DNA of 64,000 nt from Spirochaetia bacterium (lineage in GTDB: Bacteria; Spirochaetota; Spirochaetia; SZUA-6; Bin103), in contig OZ241863.1 in assembly GCA_965203055.1 (NCBI GenBank), forward strand, positions 2,464,001 through 2,528,000, given 5' to 3'. Every line of letters starts with the position of its first letter. Within the stretch, counting starts at the first letter, position 1. The notes below the pieces were generated by a model that saw only the letters and a program-made list of their open reading frames with translations, was not told the DNA's origin and did no database searches. A program made the translations under genes and the position numbers. Positions 1-8,443 of the stretch are shown piece after piece.

Positions 1-576
1 GGCGACCGCCGCCGCGCCAGCCTGTGGCAGGTACTGGGCGCGGCGCGCCGCCGCGGGCGCGCCGCGCCGCTGGCCCCGGATCTCCCGCAGCCGGAGACCT
101 CCTTCGCCCCCCTCAACCGCGCTGCCGCCATCGCCTGGGACTACACCGCCACCGGCCACAGCGCGCGCGGCCATCCGCTGGCGCCGTTGCGCCGCCGCCT
201 CGCCGCCCGCGAGCTGCCCACCGCCCGGCAGGTCGCCGCCATGGAACATGGCCGGCAGGTCTCCTGCGCCGGCCTGGTAATCTGCCGCCAGCGGCCCGGC
301 ACCGCCTCCGGCGTGGTGTTCATGACCCTCGAAGACGAGACCGGCTTCATCAACCTGGTGGTCTGGCCCAAGGTGTTCCAACGCTTCCGCAGCACCATCC
401 TCACGGCCGCGTTCCTCGAGGTAAGCGGCGCGGTCCAGGCGCAGCACGGCGTGGCGCACGTGATCGCCGGACGGTTCCGGGCCCTGGAATGGGCCACCGG
501 GCGGCCCCTGGAGCCCGGCGCCGGCCAGCCCGCCGCGCGCAACGCCCTGCCGTTGCGGAGCCACGACTTCCACTGA
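1..576 (+). CDS. dnaE2: Error-prone DNA polymerase III alpha subunit, C-terminal OB-fold part (5'-partial)
   Basis: Frame open from base 1; motifs RQRPGTASGVVFMTLEDETG and C-terminal RSHDFH typical of DnaE2. Confidence 0.92.
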   Translation, partial: GDRRRASLWQVLGAARRRGRAAPLAPDLPQPETSFAPLNRAAAIAWDYTATGHSARGHPLAPLRRRLAARELPTARQVAAMEHGRQVSCAGLVICRQRPGTASGVVFMTLEDETGFINLVVWPKVFQRFRSTILTAAFLEVSGAVQAQHGVAHVIAGRFRALEWATGRPLEPGAGQPAARNALPLRSHDFH

Positions 577-710
577 CCAAGCCGGCCCGCGGCGCCGCGC
601 AGCGGCCTGTTCCGTACCACCTCGCCGCGCACCGGAGGGAGGCCGTGCGCTTCCCGCCGGCGGCCAGCGCTACGCCCAGGCCGCGTCTGCGCTCCGGCAG
701 GGGGCGGCCC

Positions 711-1877
711 TCAGCGCGGCAGTTCCCGACCCGGGGTGAGCTCGGTCAGGAACCGGTCCACCGGCAGGCAGCGGATGCCGTCCCGTTCCAGCGCCTCGTC
801 TCCCCGGTACAGCAGGAGCGGCGCCGCCTCCGGGTAGTCGGCATGGAACGTCCTGATCCCCCGCAGATCGTGCGGCCGCAGCGAACGGCTGTTCTTCACC
901 TCGATGGCATGGAACCCGGCCTCGCCGTAGAGCACGAAGTCGACCTCCGAGCCGCCCCGCGTGCGCCAGTAGTAGATGCCGCAATCGGCGTTGCCGTAGC
1001 CAACCCAGGCCTGCAGGTGCTGCAGGACCAGTCCTTCGAGCGCCGGCCCGGCCATCTCGGTGCGCGTATCGAGCGGCCCGGCGGGGCGCAACGAGCGGAA
1101 TATGCCGCAGTCGAAGAAGTAGAACTTGGCATGCGCGGCCAGCGAGCGCTTGGCGCGGCGCCGGAACACCGGCAGCCGGACGGCGATGAGCAGGTCCTCC
1201 AGGATGCCGAGATAGGACTCCACCGTATTGCGGCTGGCCACGCACTCGCGCGCCACCGCGGCGACGTTGAGCACCTGCCCGTGCGAGAACGACGCGGTCT
1301 CCAGGAAGCGGCTGAAGTCGTCGAGCCGCCGGACCAGCCCTTCCGCCTTCACCTCCTGTTGCAGGTACAGGTCGATGTACCCGCGCAGGGTGCGCTCCGG
1401 CGAGGCCGCGGTGACCACCAGCGGCACCATGCCGAGCGCCAGGCTCCGGTCCAGGTCGAACCGTGCACCCAATTCGGCGGCCATGAAGGGGTGCATCGTG
1501 CACCGCACCGCCCGGCCCGCCAGCAGATCGACCCCTTCGCGCCGCAGCTTCCGGGCGCTGGAGCCGGTCAGGACGAAGCGGAGCGACCGGTCGAGCTCCA
1601 TCTGCTGGTGCACCACCGGGAGGAGCTGCGGGACGCGCTGGACCTCGTCGATGACGATGGTCCCCCGCCCGGCGTTCGCCCGCACGAACTCCCGCAGGCG
1701 TTCCGGCCGGGCGGAGTAGTTGCGCTCGGCTTCCGCGTCCAGGAGGTCGATCCAGGCCGCATCCGGGTACGCCGCGCGCAGCCACGTCGACTTGCCGGTG
1801 CCGCGCGGGCCGAACAGGAAGTAGCTGCCTGCCGGATGGTCGAAGAATCTCAGTACTTCTGACACAATGGGACGCAA
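711..1877 (-). CDS. AAA_14 family ATPase with DUF4143 C-terminal domain
   Basis: Walker A GPRGTGKS, Walker B IVIDEVQ, LTGSSA, KFYFFDCG, YWRT..EVDF..AIEVK; start uncertain (1877 or GTG 1865). Confidence 0.88.
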   Translation of the reverse strand: MRPIVSEVLRFFDHPAGSYFLFGPRGTGKSTWLRAAYPDAAWIDLLDAEAERNYSARPERLREFVRANAGRGTIVIDEVQRVPQLLPVVHQQMELDRSLRFVLTGSSARKLRREGVDLLAGRAVRCTMHPFMAAELGARFDLDRSLALGMVPLVVTAASPERTLRGYIDLYLQQEVKAEGLVRRLDDFSRFLETASFSHGQVLNVAAVARECVASRNTVESYLGILEDLLIAVRLPVFRRRAKRSLAAHAKFYFFDCGIFRSLRPAGPLDTRTEMAGPALEGLVLQHLQAWVGYGNADCGIYYWRTRGGSEVDFVLYGEAGFHAIEVKNSRSLRPHDLRGIRTFHADYPEAAPLLLYRGDEALERDGIRCLPVDRFLTELTPGRELPR

Positions 1878-1926
1878 TATATCAGTTAAACTGACGAAAC
1901 GCGCGTCAACAATACCTGGCCGACCA

Positions 1927-1975
1927 GGCGCATTTCCGAAATGTAGGTAGCGTCAGGCCGCTTGACGGCCGAGCC
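1927..1975 (-). repeat. Conserved double-hairpin motif, copy 1 (3' of HNH gene)
   Basis: gcgcatttccgaaatgtaggtagcgtcaggccgcttgacggcc; similar copies at 19222, 29222 and 29299. Confidence 0.8.
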
Positions 1976-1981
1976 CTATGA

Positions 1982-3337
1982 TCACCGGTCTACGGGCGCC
2001 TCACGATCCTCGCCGGGGCGGCCGAATCCGGCGCCGGCGTGGCGGTAGCGGTGATGGGCAGCGCACAGCAGGCGGAGATTGTTCGGCTCGGCGGCGCCGC
2101 CGCAGGCATACGGCACGACGTGATCGATCTGCAGCAGGTGTTGGGAGCCGCAGCGGCGCCCGCTGGTACGGTCCACGTAGCGGCAGCGGCCCCGGTCGCG
2201 CCGCCAGACCTCGCGCTTGACCGCTGCCGGGATGGCGCGGCCGGTCACGCCGCCCGCCTTCGCCGCCGAAGTTTCGGTCCGCGGCGGCGCAGCCGGCTTC
2301 GCGCAGGCCGTCGCAGCCTGCCGGCCGAGGCGCCGCGTCTTCGGCGCCGAAGTGGCGTCGGTCGCCGGCTTCGCTGCCGAAGTGTCCGGGCGGTCAGCGG
2401 CTTCCTCTCCCGGCTCCGCCGGCGCCTGAGCCGATACCTTCGCCGCCGAAGGAGCGGCGCGGTCCGCGCCGGCCTCCTGCTTCGCTGCCGGGGCAGCGCC
2501 GCGAGCCGAGGTCGCCTGCGTCTTCGCCGCCGAAGTTTGCTCGGCTCCTTTGGCCGGCGCGGCGCGCCGCCCACGCGGCGGCCGGGCCGGATCGTGGCGG
2601 TCGAGCCCTTCCCGCACCAGCCGCGCCATGAGCTGCCCCAACGTCATATGCGGATCGACGTGGGACAGGAGGCCCTGGAGCCGCTCCAAGCCGCGCCGGC
2701 ACTCATCGTCGATCACCGCCTTGAGTTCCCAGCACCCGCCGCCCAGGGGCCGCACCCGCTCCGCCGGCGCCGCCAGCTCCGGGTCCACCTCGGCCAGCAA
2801 CTGCATCACCTCCCGGCTGCTCTTGCCGGAGGCCTGCTCCACCAGCTCCCGCCGCGCCTCCGAGTCCAGCACCGGCGCCGGCTTCCGCTCCGCCGGCCGC
2901 GGCGGCGCCGCCCCGTCCTGCGACTGAGCGGCTGCCCCGCACCCGGCCCCGTCCGGCGCGCTACGCGCCGCCCGTTCCTTCTTGCGCTCCTGCCGGTCGA
3001 AGGCGTTCTGCAACTGCGCGGCCGCGTTCAGCGTCATCGTGCCATCCTGCAGGCGCTCGCGCACGCCCTCGACGTCCGCGCAGAGCCGCATCGCCTTGAT
3101 GCGCCGCCACGCCGCGGCGTCACTGTAACCCAGCTCGCGCACCGCGTAGTCGAACAGGCTCGAGAACCCGCGCCGCAGATACAGGCGACGCTTCTGAATC
3201 TCGCGCAGGTGGTCGATCACGACCACTTCGAGATGGTGTTCGATGCGGGAAAGTTCCTTGGTCCGCTCCAGCAGGCGGTCGTCTGAGAGGGCGGATACAG
3301 TAGTGGTGACGGCCTCGTCGGAAGCATGTCTGTTCAT
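1982..3337 (-). CDS. HNH endonuclease with long N-terminal helical (DUF222-like) region and TSAAK-repeat linker
   Basis: C-terminal RDRGRC...C...LQIDHVVPYACGG...NNLRLLCAAHH; decayed paralogues elsewhere in the window. Confidence 0.85.
   Translation of the reverse strand: MNRHASDEAVTTTVSALSDDRLLERTKELSRIEHHLEVVVIDHLREIQKRRLYLRRGFSSLFDYAVRELGYSDAAAWRRIKAMRLCADVEGVRERLQDGTMTLNAAAQLQNAFDRQERKKERAARSAPDGAGCGAAAQSQDGAAPPRPAERKPAPVLDSEARRELVEQASGKSSREVMQLLAEVDPELAAPAERVRPLGGGCWELKAVIDDECRRGLERLQGLLSHVDPHMTLGQLMARLVREGLDRHDPARPPRGRRAAPAKGAEQTSAAKTQATSARGAAPAAKQEAGADRAAPSAAKVSAQAPAEPGEEAADRPDTSAAKPATDATSAPKTRRLGRQAATACAKPAAPPRTETSAAKAGGVTGRAIPAAVKREVWRRDRGRCRYVDRTSGRRCGSQHLLQIDHVVPYACGGAAEPNNLRLLCAAHHRYRHAGAGFGRPGEDREAPVDR
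2258..2535. repeat. In-frame palindromic repeats CTTCG-N4-CGAAG (encode T/PSAAK or TSAPK)
   Basis: Copies at 2258, 2339, 2369, 2438, 2522; degenerate copy at 2480. Confidence 0.85.
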
Positions 3338-3343
3338 AATATA

Positions 3344-3374
3344 AGTATAATCATGGAAACTACTTGAGTCAAGT
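3344..3374 (-). promoter_or_regulatory. Sigma-70 promoter of the HNH gene (leaderless) with palindrome over the -35 box
   Basis: TTGACT-N17-TATACT, 6 nt before the ATG; ACTTGA-G-TCAAGT at 3362-3374. Confidence 0.75.
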
Positions 3375-3543
3375 TATTCGGCCCGGAGGATGGCACCTGC
3401 GGGCGTGACTCGGCGGCGCATTCCCAAGCGGCTGGACGCAGCAATACGCAGGTGGTCAGCGTGGGGAGCGCGTGCTATCATGGCGCGGTCCGGCTCGCGG
3501 CCAATCGCCAACGACGGCCGGGGGGTGATCGCTGGTATCGCTG

Positions 3544-5520
3544 TTGCTGGCCGCCGGAGTCGCCGCGCTAATGGCGTGCGCGCCCGCGGCGCGCCCCTCC
3601 GCGGCGCCCGCCGACCCGGCCCAAGGGGGGGGGGGGGGTAAGCCACCGAGCGAGCCGCCGCCGACTTCGCCGCCGCCGACTTCGCAGCCGCCCACCTCGC
3701 AGCCGGCCGAGCAGCGCTGGACGATCAGCGCGGCCGACTTTGGTGACAGCTACCGCGCGCACCTGTTGACCAACCGCTCCGCGCCCTATGCCTGGGAGCG
3801 GATCACCGCCGGCGGCGTGCGCGTTTCGATCGGCGGGCGCGAGCTGCCGTTCACGAGCACGCGAGCCAACCCGGTCTTCACCCCCGATCTCTCCGGCGCG
3901 GAGTGGACGGTTGCCGCCGAGGTGCGGGCGGGAGAAGTGGTGCTGGTGCTCACCGCCCCCGATCAGTCGGGCGCCGGCGACACGGTTGAATCGGTCACGA
4001 TCACCAACCCGGGGAGCGGCTACACGACAGACCCGACCGTGACCTTTTCGGCCCCGCCGTCCGGCGGCGCCACCGCAACCGGCGCCGCGGTAAGGTCCGG
4101 CAGCGTCGACTCCGTGACGATTACGACCCCAGGGAGCGGCTACCCCTCGGTTCCCACCGTGACCTTTTCGGCGCCGCCGTCCGGCGCCGCGGCAACCGGC
4201 GCCGCGGTGGGGACCCGGCGCGTCGATTCCGTGACGATTACGACCGCCGGGAGCGGCTACACGGCTGTTCCCGGCGTAACGTTCGGGGCGGCGCCGTCCG
4301 GCGGCGCCACGGCAACCGGCACCGCAGTGGGGACCCGGCGCGTCGATTCCGTGACGGTCGGGACCGCGGGAAGCGGCTACACGGCGGTCCCTGCCGTCAC
4401 GTTTTCGGGCGGAGGCGGCAGCGGCGCGGTCGCTACCGCGGTACGGCAAAGCGGCGTCGCGTCAGTGACGCTCACGAACCGCGGGACATTTTATCTCTCT
4501 GACCCAACCGTCACGTTCGGGGCGGCGCCGTCCGGCGGCGCCACGGCGACCGGCACCGCAACGCGGCGATCTGAAGTATTTACCGTGGCGGTGAACGTCG
4601 GGGGGAGCGGTTACACGTCTGCCCCCACCGTGACGATTGGCGCTCCGCCGCCCGGTGGCACCCAGGCAACCGCTACAGCGGCGATCAGTGGCGGTCAAGT
4701 GAGTTCCGTAACCGTGACGAACGGTGGGCGCGGCTACACGTCTAACCCTTCCGTCACGTTTTCGGGAGGAGGGGGCAGCGGCGCGGCCGGCAACGTGTCG
4801 ATTCGAGCAGACAGGTTGGATGCCGTGACGATCACGAACCCGGGGAGCGGCTACACGTCAGCCCCTTCCGTAACGTTTTCGGCGGCCCAGGGGACTGGTG
4901 TTACGGCAACCGGCACCGCGGTGCTGCAGAGCGGCGTCGCGTCGGTGAGGGTCACCAACGGCGGGAGCGGTTACACCTCCGCCCCTGCCGTGACCTTCGC
5001 GGCCGCGCCTGCCGGCGGCACCACCGCAACCGGCACCGCGGCGCTGCGCTACGGCGTCGCGTCGGTGGACGTCACGGACGGCGGGAGCGGCTACACCTCC
5101 GCCCCTACCGTGACCTTCGCGGCCGCGCCGAGCGGCGGCACCACGGCCGCCGGCACCGCGGTGCTGCGCTACGGCGTGGCGTCGGTGAACGTCACGAACG
5201 GCGGGAGCGGCTACACCTCCGCCCCTGCCGTGACCTTCGCGGCCGCGCCGAGTGGCGGCGCCACCGCCGCCGGCACCGCGGCGCTGCGCCTCAGCGCCGT
5301 CGCGTCGGTGAGGGTCACGAACGGCGGGAGCGGCTACACCTCCGCCCCCACCGTGACCTTTTCGGCCCCGGCCGGCGGTACCCGCGCGACCGGCACGGCC
5401 AACTTGGCAGAGAGCGGCTACGATCAATACCAGAACCTGTATTGGGCGCGCCAAACCCTGGATGGCAAGCAGCTTGTCGTTCAGCTCGCGGATCAGGCGC
5501 CGGCCCGTGATGACAGATAG
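3544..5520 (+). CDS. Putative surface lipoprotein with 12 GSGYT/APTVT repeats (paralogue 1)
   Basis: Lipobox-like LLLAAGVAALMA-C, Pro-rich linker, 12 ~40-aa repeats; start uncertain (CTG 3532 after SD-like GGGGGTGATC, or TTG 3544). Confidence 0.75.
   Translation: MLAAGVAALMACAPAARPSAAPADPAQGGGGGKPPSEPPPTSPPPTSQPPTSQPAEQRWTISAADFGDSYRAHLLTNRSAPYAWERITAGGVRVSIGGRELPFTSTRANPVFTPDLSGAEWTVAAEVRAGEVVLVLTAPDQSGAGDTVESVTITNPGSGYTTDPTVTFSAPPSGGATATGAAVRSGSVDSVTITTPGSGYPSVPTVTFSAPPSGAAATGAAVGTRRVDSVTITTAGSGYTAVPGVTFGAAPSGGATATGTAVGTRRVDSVTVGTAGSGYTAVPAVTFSGGGGSGAVATAVRQSGVASVTLTNRGTFYLSDPTVTFGAAPSGGATATGTATRRSEVFTVAVNVGGSGYTSAPTVTIGAPPPGGTQATATAAISGGQVSSVTVTNGGRGYTSNPSVTFSGGGGSGAAGNVSIRADRLDAVTITNPGSGYTSAPSVTFSAAQGTGVTATGTAVLQSGVASVRVTNGGSGYTSAPAVTFAAAPAGGTTATGTAALRYGVASVDVTDGGSGYTSAPTVTFAAAPSGGTTAAGTAVLRYGVASVNVTNGGSGYTSAPAVTFAAAPSGGATAAGTAALRLSAVASVRVTNGGSGYTSAPTVTFSAPAGGTRATGTANLAESGYDQYQNLYWARQTLDGKQLVVQLADQAPARDDR
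3625..3638 (+). repeat. G14 homopolymer inside the lipoprotein CDS
   Basis: ccaa(G)14taagc read directly. Confidence 0.9.
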
Positions 5521-5548
5521 ACCCTTGCCCATACGTACCAAACGTGAA

Positions 5549-6157
5549 TCAGAAGTCGATGCCGCGCTGGGCCTTGATGCCGGCCTGGAACGGGTGCTTG
5601 ATCTCGACCATCTCGCTCACCAGGTCGGCGTACTCGATCAGTTCCGGCGGAGCGCCGCGCCCGGTCAGGACCACGTGGGTGCGGGCCGCCCGCGCCTCCA
5701 GGCACGCCACCACCGCCGCCGGCGGCAGATAATCGCAGCTCATCACCACGTTGATCTCGTCGAGCACCACGAGCTCGAAGCCGCCGCCGGCGATCAACTC
5801 CCGCGCCATGGCGAGCGCCGACCGCGCCGCGGCGCAGTCCGCCTCCCGGTCCTGCGTGTCCCAGGTGAACCCCTGCCCGGTCGTGCGCCATTCGAGCTGC
5901 TCCGGGAAGCGGCTGAAGAACCGGCGTTCGCCGGTCTTCCAGGCGCCCTTGATGAACTGCACGATCGCCACGCGCTGCCCCCAGCCGAGGGCGCGCGCGG
6001 CGACGCCGAAGGCGGCGCTCGACTTGCCCTTGCCGTTGCCGGTGTGCACCAGCACCAGCCCGCGCCGCGGATTCACGGCCCGCGCAACCTTGGCCCGCTG
6101 CTCCGCCTGCAGCGCGCGCATCCGCTCGGCGTGCTCGGCGTTCGCCTGATTCCCCAC
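5549..6157 (-). CDS. cobO: Cob(I)yrinic acid a,c-diamide adenosyltransferase
   Basis: TGNGKGKSSAAFG, VQFIKG, LVVLDEI, VVLTGR, KHPFQAGIKAQRGIDF. Confidence 0.93.
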   Translation of the reverse strand: MGNQANAEHAERMRALQAEQRAKVARAVNPRRGLVLVHTGNGKGKSSAAFGVAARALGWGQRVAIVQFIKGAWKTGERRFFSRFPEQLEWRTTGQGFTWDTQDREADCAAARSALAMARELIAGGGFELVVLDEINVVMSCDYLPPAAVVACLEARAARTHVVLTGRGAPPELIEYADLVSEMVEIKHPFQAGIKAQRGIDF

Positions 6158-6191
6158 AAACGGAGTGTACCCGGGGTACACTGCCGGGGTC

Positions 6192-6599
6192 ATGGCAAGC
6201 GTCTTCACCCGCATCATCGCCGGCGAATTGCCGGGCCACTTCGTATGGCAGGACGAGCAGTGCGTCGCCTTCCTGTCGATCAACCCGTTGCGCCCCGGCC
6301 ACACGCTGGTGGTGCCGCGCGCCGAGGTGGACCACTGGATCGACCTGGACGACGACGCCGCGGCGGCGCTGATGCGCGTCGCGCGCATCGTAGCCCGCGC
6401 CCAGCAGGCGGTGTATCGGCCCGCCAAGGTCGGGTTGATGATCGCCGGTCTGGAGGTGCCGCACGTCCACCTCCACGTAAGCCCGATCGACCGGATGCGC
6501 GACCTGGACTTCGAGCAGGCCGCCCCGCACCCGGGGGACGCGGCGCTGGCGGCCGAGGCCGCGCGCATCCGCGCCGTGCTGCCGGCGGTTGGAAGATGA
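6192..6599 (+). CDS. HIT family nucleotide hydrolase
   Basis: SVFTRIIAGELP, GHTLVVP, histidine triad VPHVHLH. Confidence 0.92.
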   Translation: MASVFTRIIAGELPGHFVWQDEQCVAFLSINPLRPGHTLVVPRAEVDHWIDLDDDAAAALMRVARIVARAQQAVYRPAKVGLMIAGLEVPHVHLHVSPIDRMRDLDFEQAAPHPGDAALAAEAARIRAVLPAVGR

Positions 6600-6916
6600 T
6601 TCTGACGACGGCGGCCGCCATCGCCGGCCATCGGGTCGTGAAGACGATCGGCCTGGTGCGCGGCAACACGGTCCGTTCACGGCACGTGGGCCGCGATTTG
6701 ATGGCCGGCTTCAAGACGATCGTGGGCGGCGAGATCGCCTCCTACACCACCATGATGGAGGACGCGCGCGCGGAAGCGGTGGCGCGCCTCATCGCCGACG
6801 CCGAGCAGCGCGGCGCCAACGCGGTGACCGACGTCCGCTTCACTACCTCCGCGATCATGAGCGGCGCATCCGAGATCCTGGCGTACGGCACCGCCGCGGT
6901 GGTGGAGCCGGAATAG
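6596..6916 (+). CDS. YbjQ (UPF0145) family protein
   Basis: MILTT..GLVRGNTVRSRHVGRD..GGEI..GANAV..EILAYGTA; ATGA overlap with the HIT gene. Confidence 0.9.
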   Translation: MILTTAAAIAGHRVVKTIGLVRGNTVRSRHVGRDLMAGFKTIVGGEIASYTTMMEDARAEAVARLIADAEQRGANAVTDVRFTTSAIMSGASEILAYGTAAVVEPE

Positions 6917-7015
6917 GCACCGGGTCCATGCGGCCGCCCTTGCCGGGGCGGCCCTGGGCGCCGCCAGGGCTTGACCGCTTTGACCGCGGGCCGCGCAGCC
7001 CATACAGTTGCCCGC

Positions 7016-8443
7016 ATGGCATCATCCGCGGCGCCGCGCCCGCCGAACGTCCCGCCGAACGTATTGTGGATCTGCACCGATCAACAGCGCGGGGACACCA
7101 TCGCCGCGCTCGGCAACCGCTTCATCAACACGCCCAATCTCGACCGCCTGGCGGCGCAGGGCACCGCGTGCCGCAACGCGTTCTGTCAGGCGCCGATCTG
7201 CACTCCCAGCCGGGCCAGCTTCCTTACCGGCTGCTACGCCAGCACGGTGCGGGCCTGCAGCAACGGCAACCGCCGCTGGGCCGAAGCCGCGCCGCTGGTC
7301 ACCAGGCTGCTCGCCGACGCCGGCTACTGCTGCGGTCTGGCCGGCAAGCTGCATCTGGCCGGCGCGCACGGCCGCATCGAGCCGCGCCCCCGCGACGACG
7401 GCTACAGCGTATTCCATTGGAGCCACGATCCGCGCGACGCCTGGCCCGCCGGCCACGCCTACCGCGAGTGGGTCGCGCAGCGCGGCGCCCACCTGGGCCG
7501 CACCTACGCGGAACTGGGCCATATGCCCGCCGAGCTGCATCAGACCACCTTCTGCGCCGAGCAGGCGATCGACTTCATGGAGACCTCCTGGAGTCAGCCC
7601 TGGCTGATGAGCGTCAACATCTTCGATCCGCACGCGCCGTTCGACCCGCCGGCCGACTATCTGGCGCGCTACCACCCCGACGAGCTGCCCGGTCCGGCCT
7701 TCGAGACCGGCGATCTGGCCGCCCAGCAACTCCTGGAAGGGGTGGATTTTCAGACGCCGGCGCGCGTTCCCGAGAGCTTCGACGCGCGCGGCAAGATCGC
7801 CGCCTACTACGCCATGATCGAGCTGATCGACCACAACGTGGGGAGGATGCTCGACGCGCTGGAGCGCACCGGGCAGGCGGAGAACACCCTGGTGATCTTT
7901 ACCAGCGACCACGGCGAGATGCTCGGCGACCACGGCCTGCTCCTCAAGGGCTGCCGCTTCTACGAGGGGCTGGTGCGCGTACCGCTCATCCTGCGCTGGC
8001 CGGGCCGCATCGCCGCCGGCGCAACCACCGGCGCCCTGGTGGAACTGACCGATCTGGCGCCCACGCTGCTCGACGCCGCGGGCCTGGCCCCGCCGCCGCA
8101 CCTGGCCGGCCGCTCGCTGCTGCCGCTACTGCGCGGGGAAGCCGCCGAGCACCGCGCCGCGGTGCGCTGCGAGTACTACGCCGCGCTGCGCGACCTGCGC
8201 GGCAACCGCCGCGGCTGGAACGACACGCGCGCCACCATGATCCGCGACCGGCGCTACAAGCTGGCGGTCTACCACGGCCATCCGGTCGGGGAACTGTTCG
8301 ACCTGCAGGAGGATCCGCACGAGCACCGCAATCTCTGGAACGAGGCGCGCCACGCCGAGCTGCGCTTCGACCTGCTGCGGCAATGCTTCGACGCCGCCGC
8401 CGGCGCCATCGACACCGGCCCCGAGGTCACGCGGAACTTTTGA
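7016..8443 (+). CDS. Sulfatase (formylglycine-dependent)
   Basis: PNVLWICTDQQR, CTPSR motif, GKLH, FTSDHG. Confidence 0.93.
   Translation: MASSAAPRPPNVPPNVLWICTDQQRGDTIAALGNRFINTPNLDRLAAQGTACRNAFCQAPICTPSRASFLTGCYASTVRACSNGNRRWAEAAPLVTRLLADAGYCCGLAGKLHLAGAHGRIEPRPRDDGYSVFHWSHDPRDAWPAGHAYREWVAQRGAHLGRTYAELGHMPAELHQTTFCAEQAIDFMETSWSQPWLMSVNIFDPHAPFDPPADYLARYHPDELPGPAFETGDLAAQQLLEGVDFQTPARVPESFDARGKIAAYYAMIELIDHNVGRMLDALERTGQAENTLVIFTSDHGEMLGDHGLLLKGCRFYEGLVRVPLILRWPGRIAAGATTGALVELTDLAPTLLDAAGLAPPPHLAGRSLLPLLRGEAAEHRAAVRCEYYAALRDLRGNRRGWNDTRATMIRDRRYKLAVYHGHPVGELFDLQEDPHEHRNLWNEARHAELRFDLLRQCFDAAAGAIDTGPEVTRNF

Noticed and set aside
2258..2535. CRISPR array
   Set aside because: Repeats are only 14 bp, spacer lengths are irregular, all lie in frame within a CDS, and no cas genes are present.
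3390..3641. ORF ending at the G-tract as the true N-terminus of lipoprotein 1
   Set aside because: It is Arg-rich with no signal peptide; the lipobox lies in the frame that already continues through the tract.
3960..5420. Prophage structural gene or diversity-generating retroelement target
   Set aside because: No other phage genes, no reverse transcriptase, and no adenine-specific template/variable repeat pair seen.
6158..6200. Cobalamin riboswitch upstream of cobO
   Set aside because: Intergenic gap is only 34 bp and no B12-box is visible.
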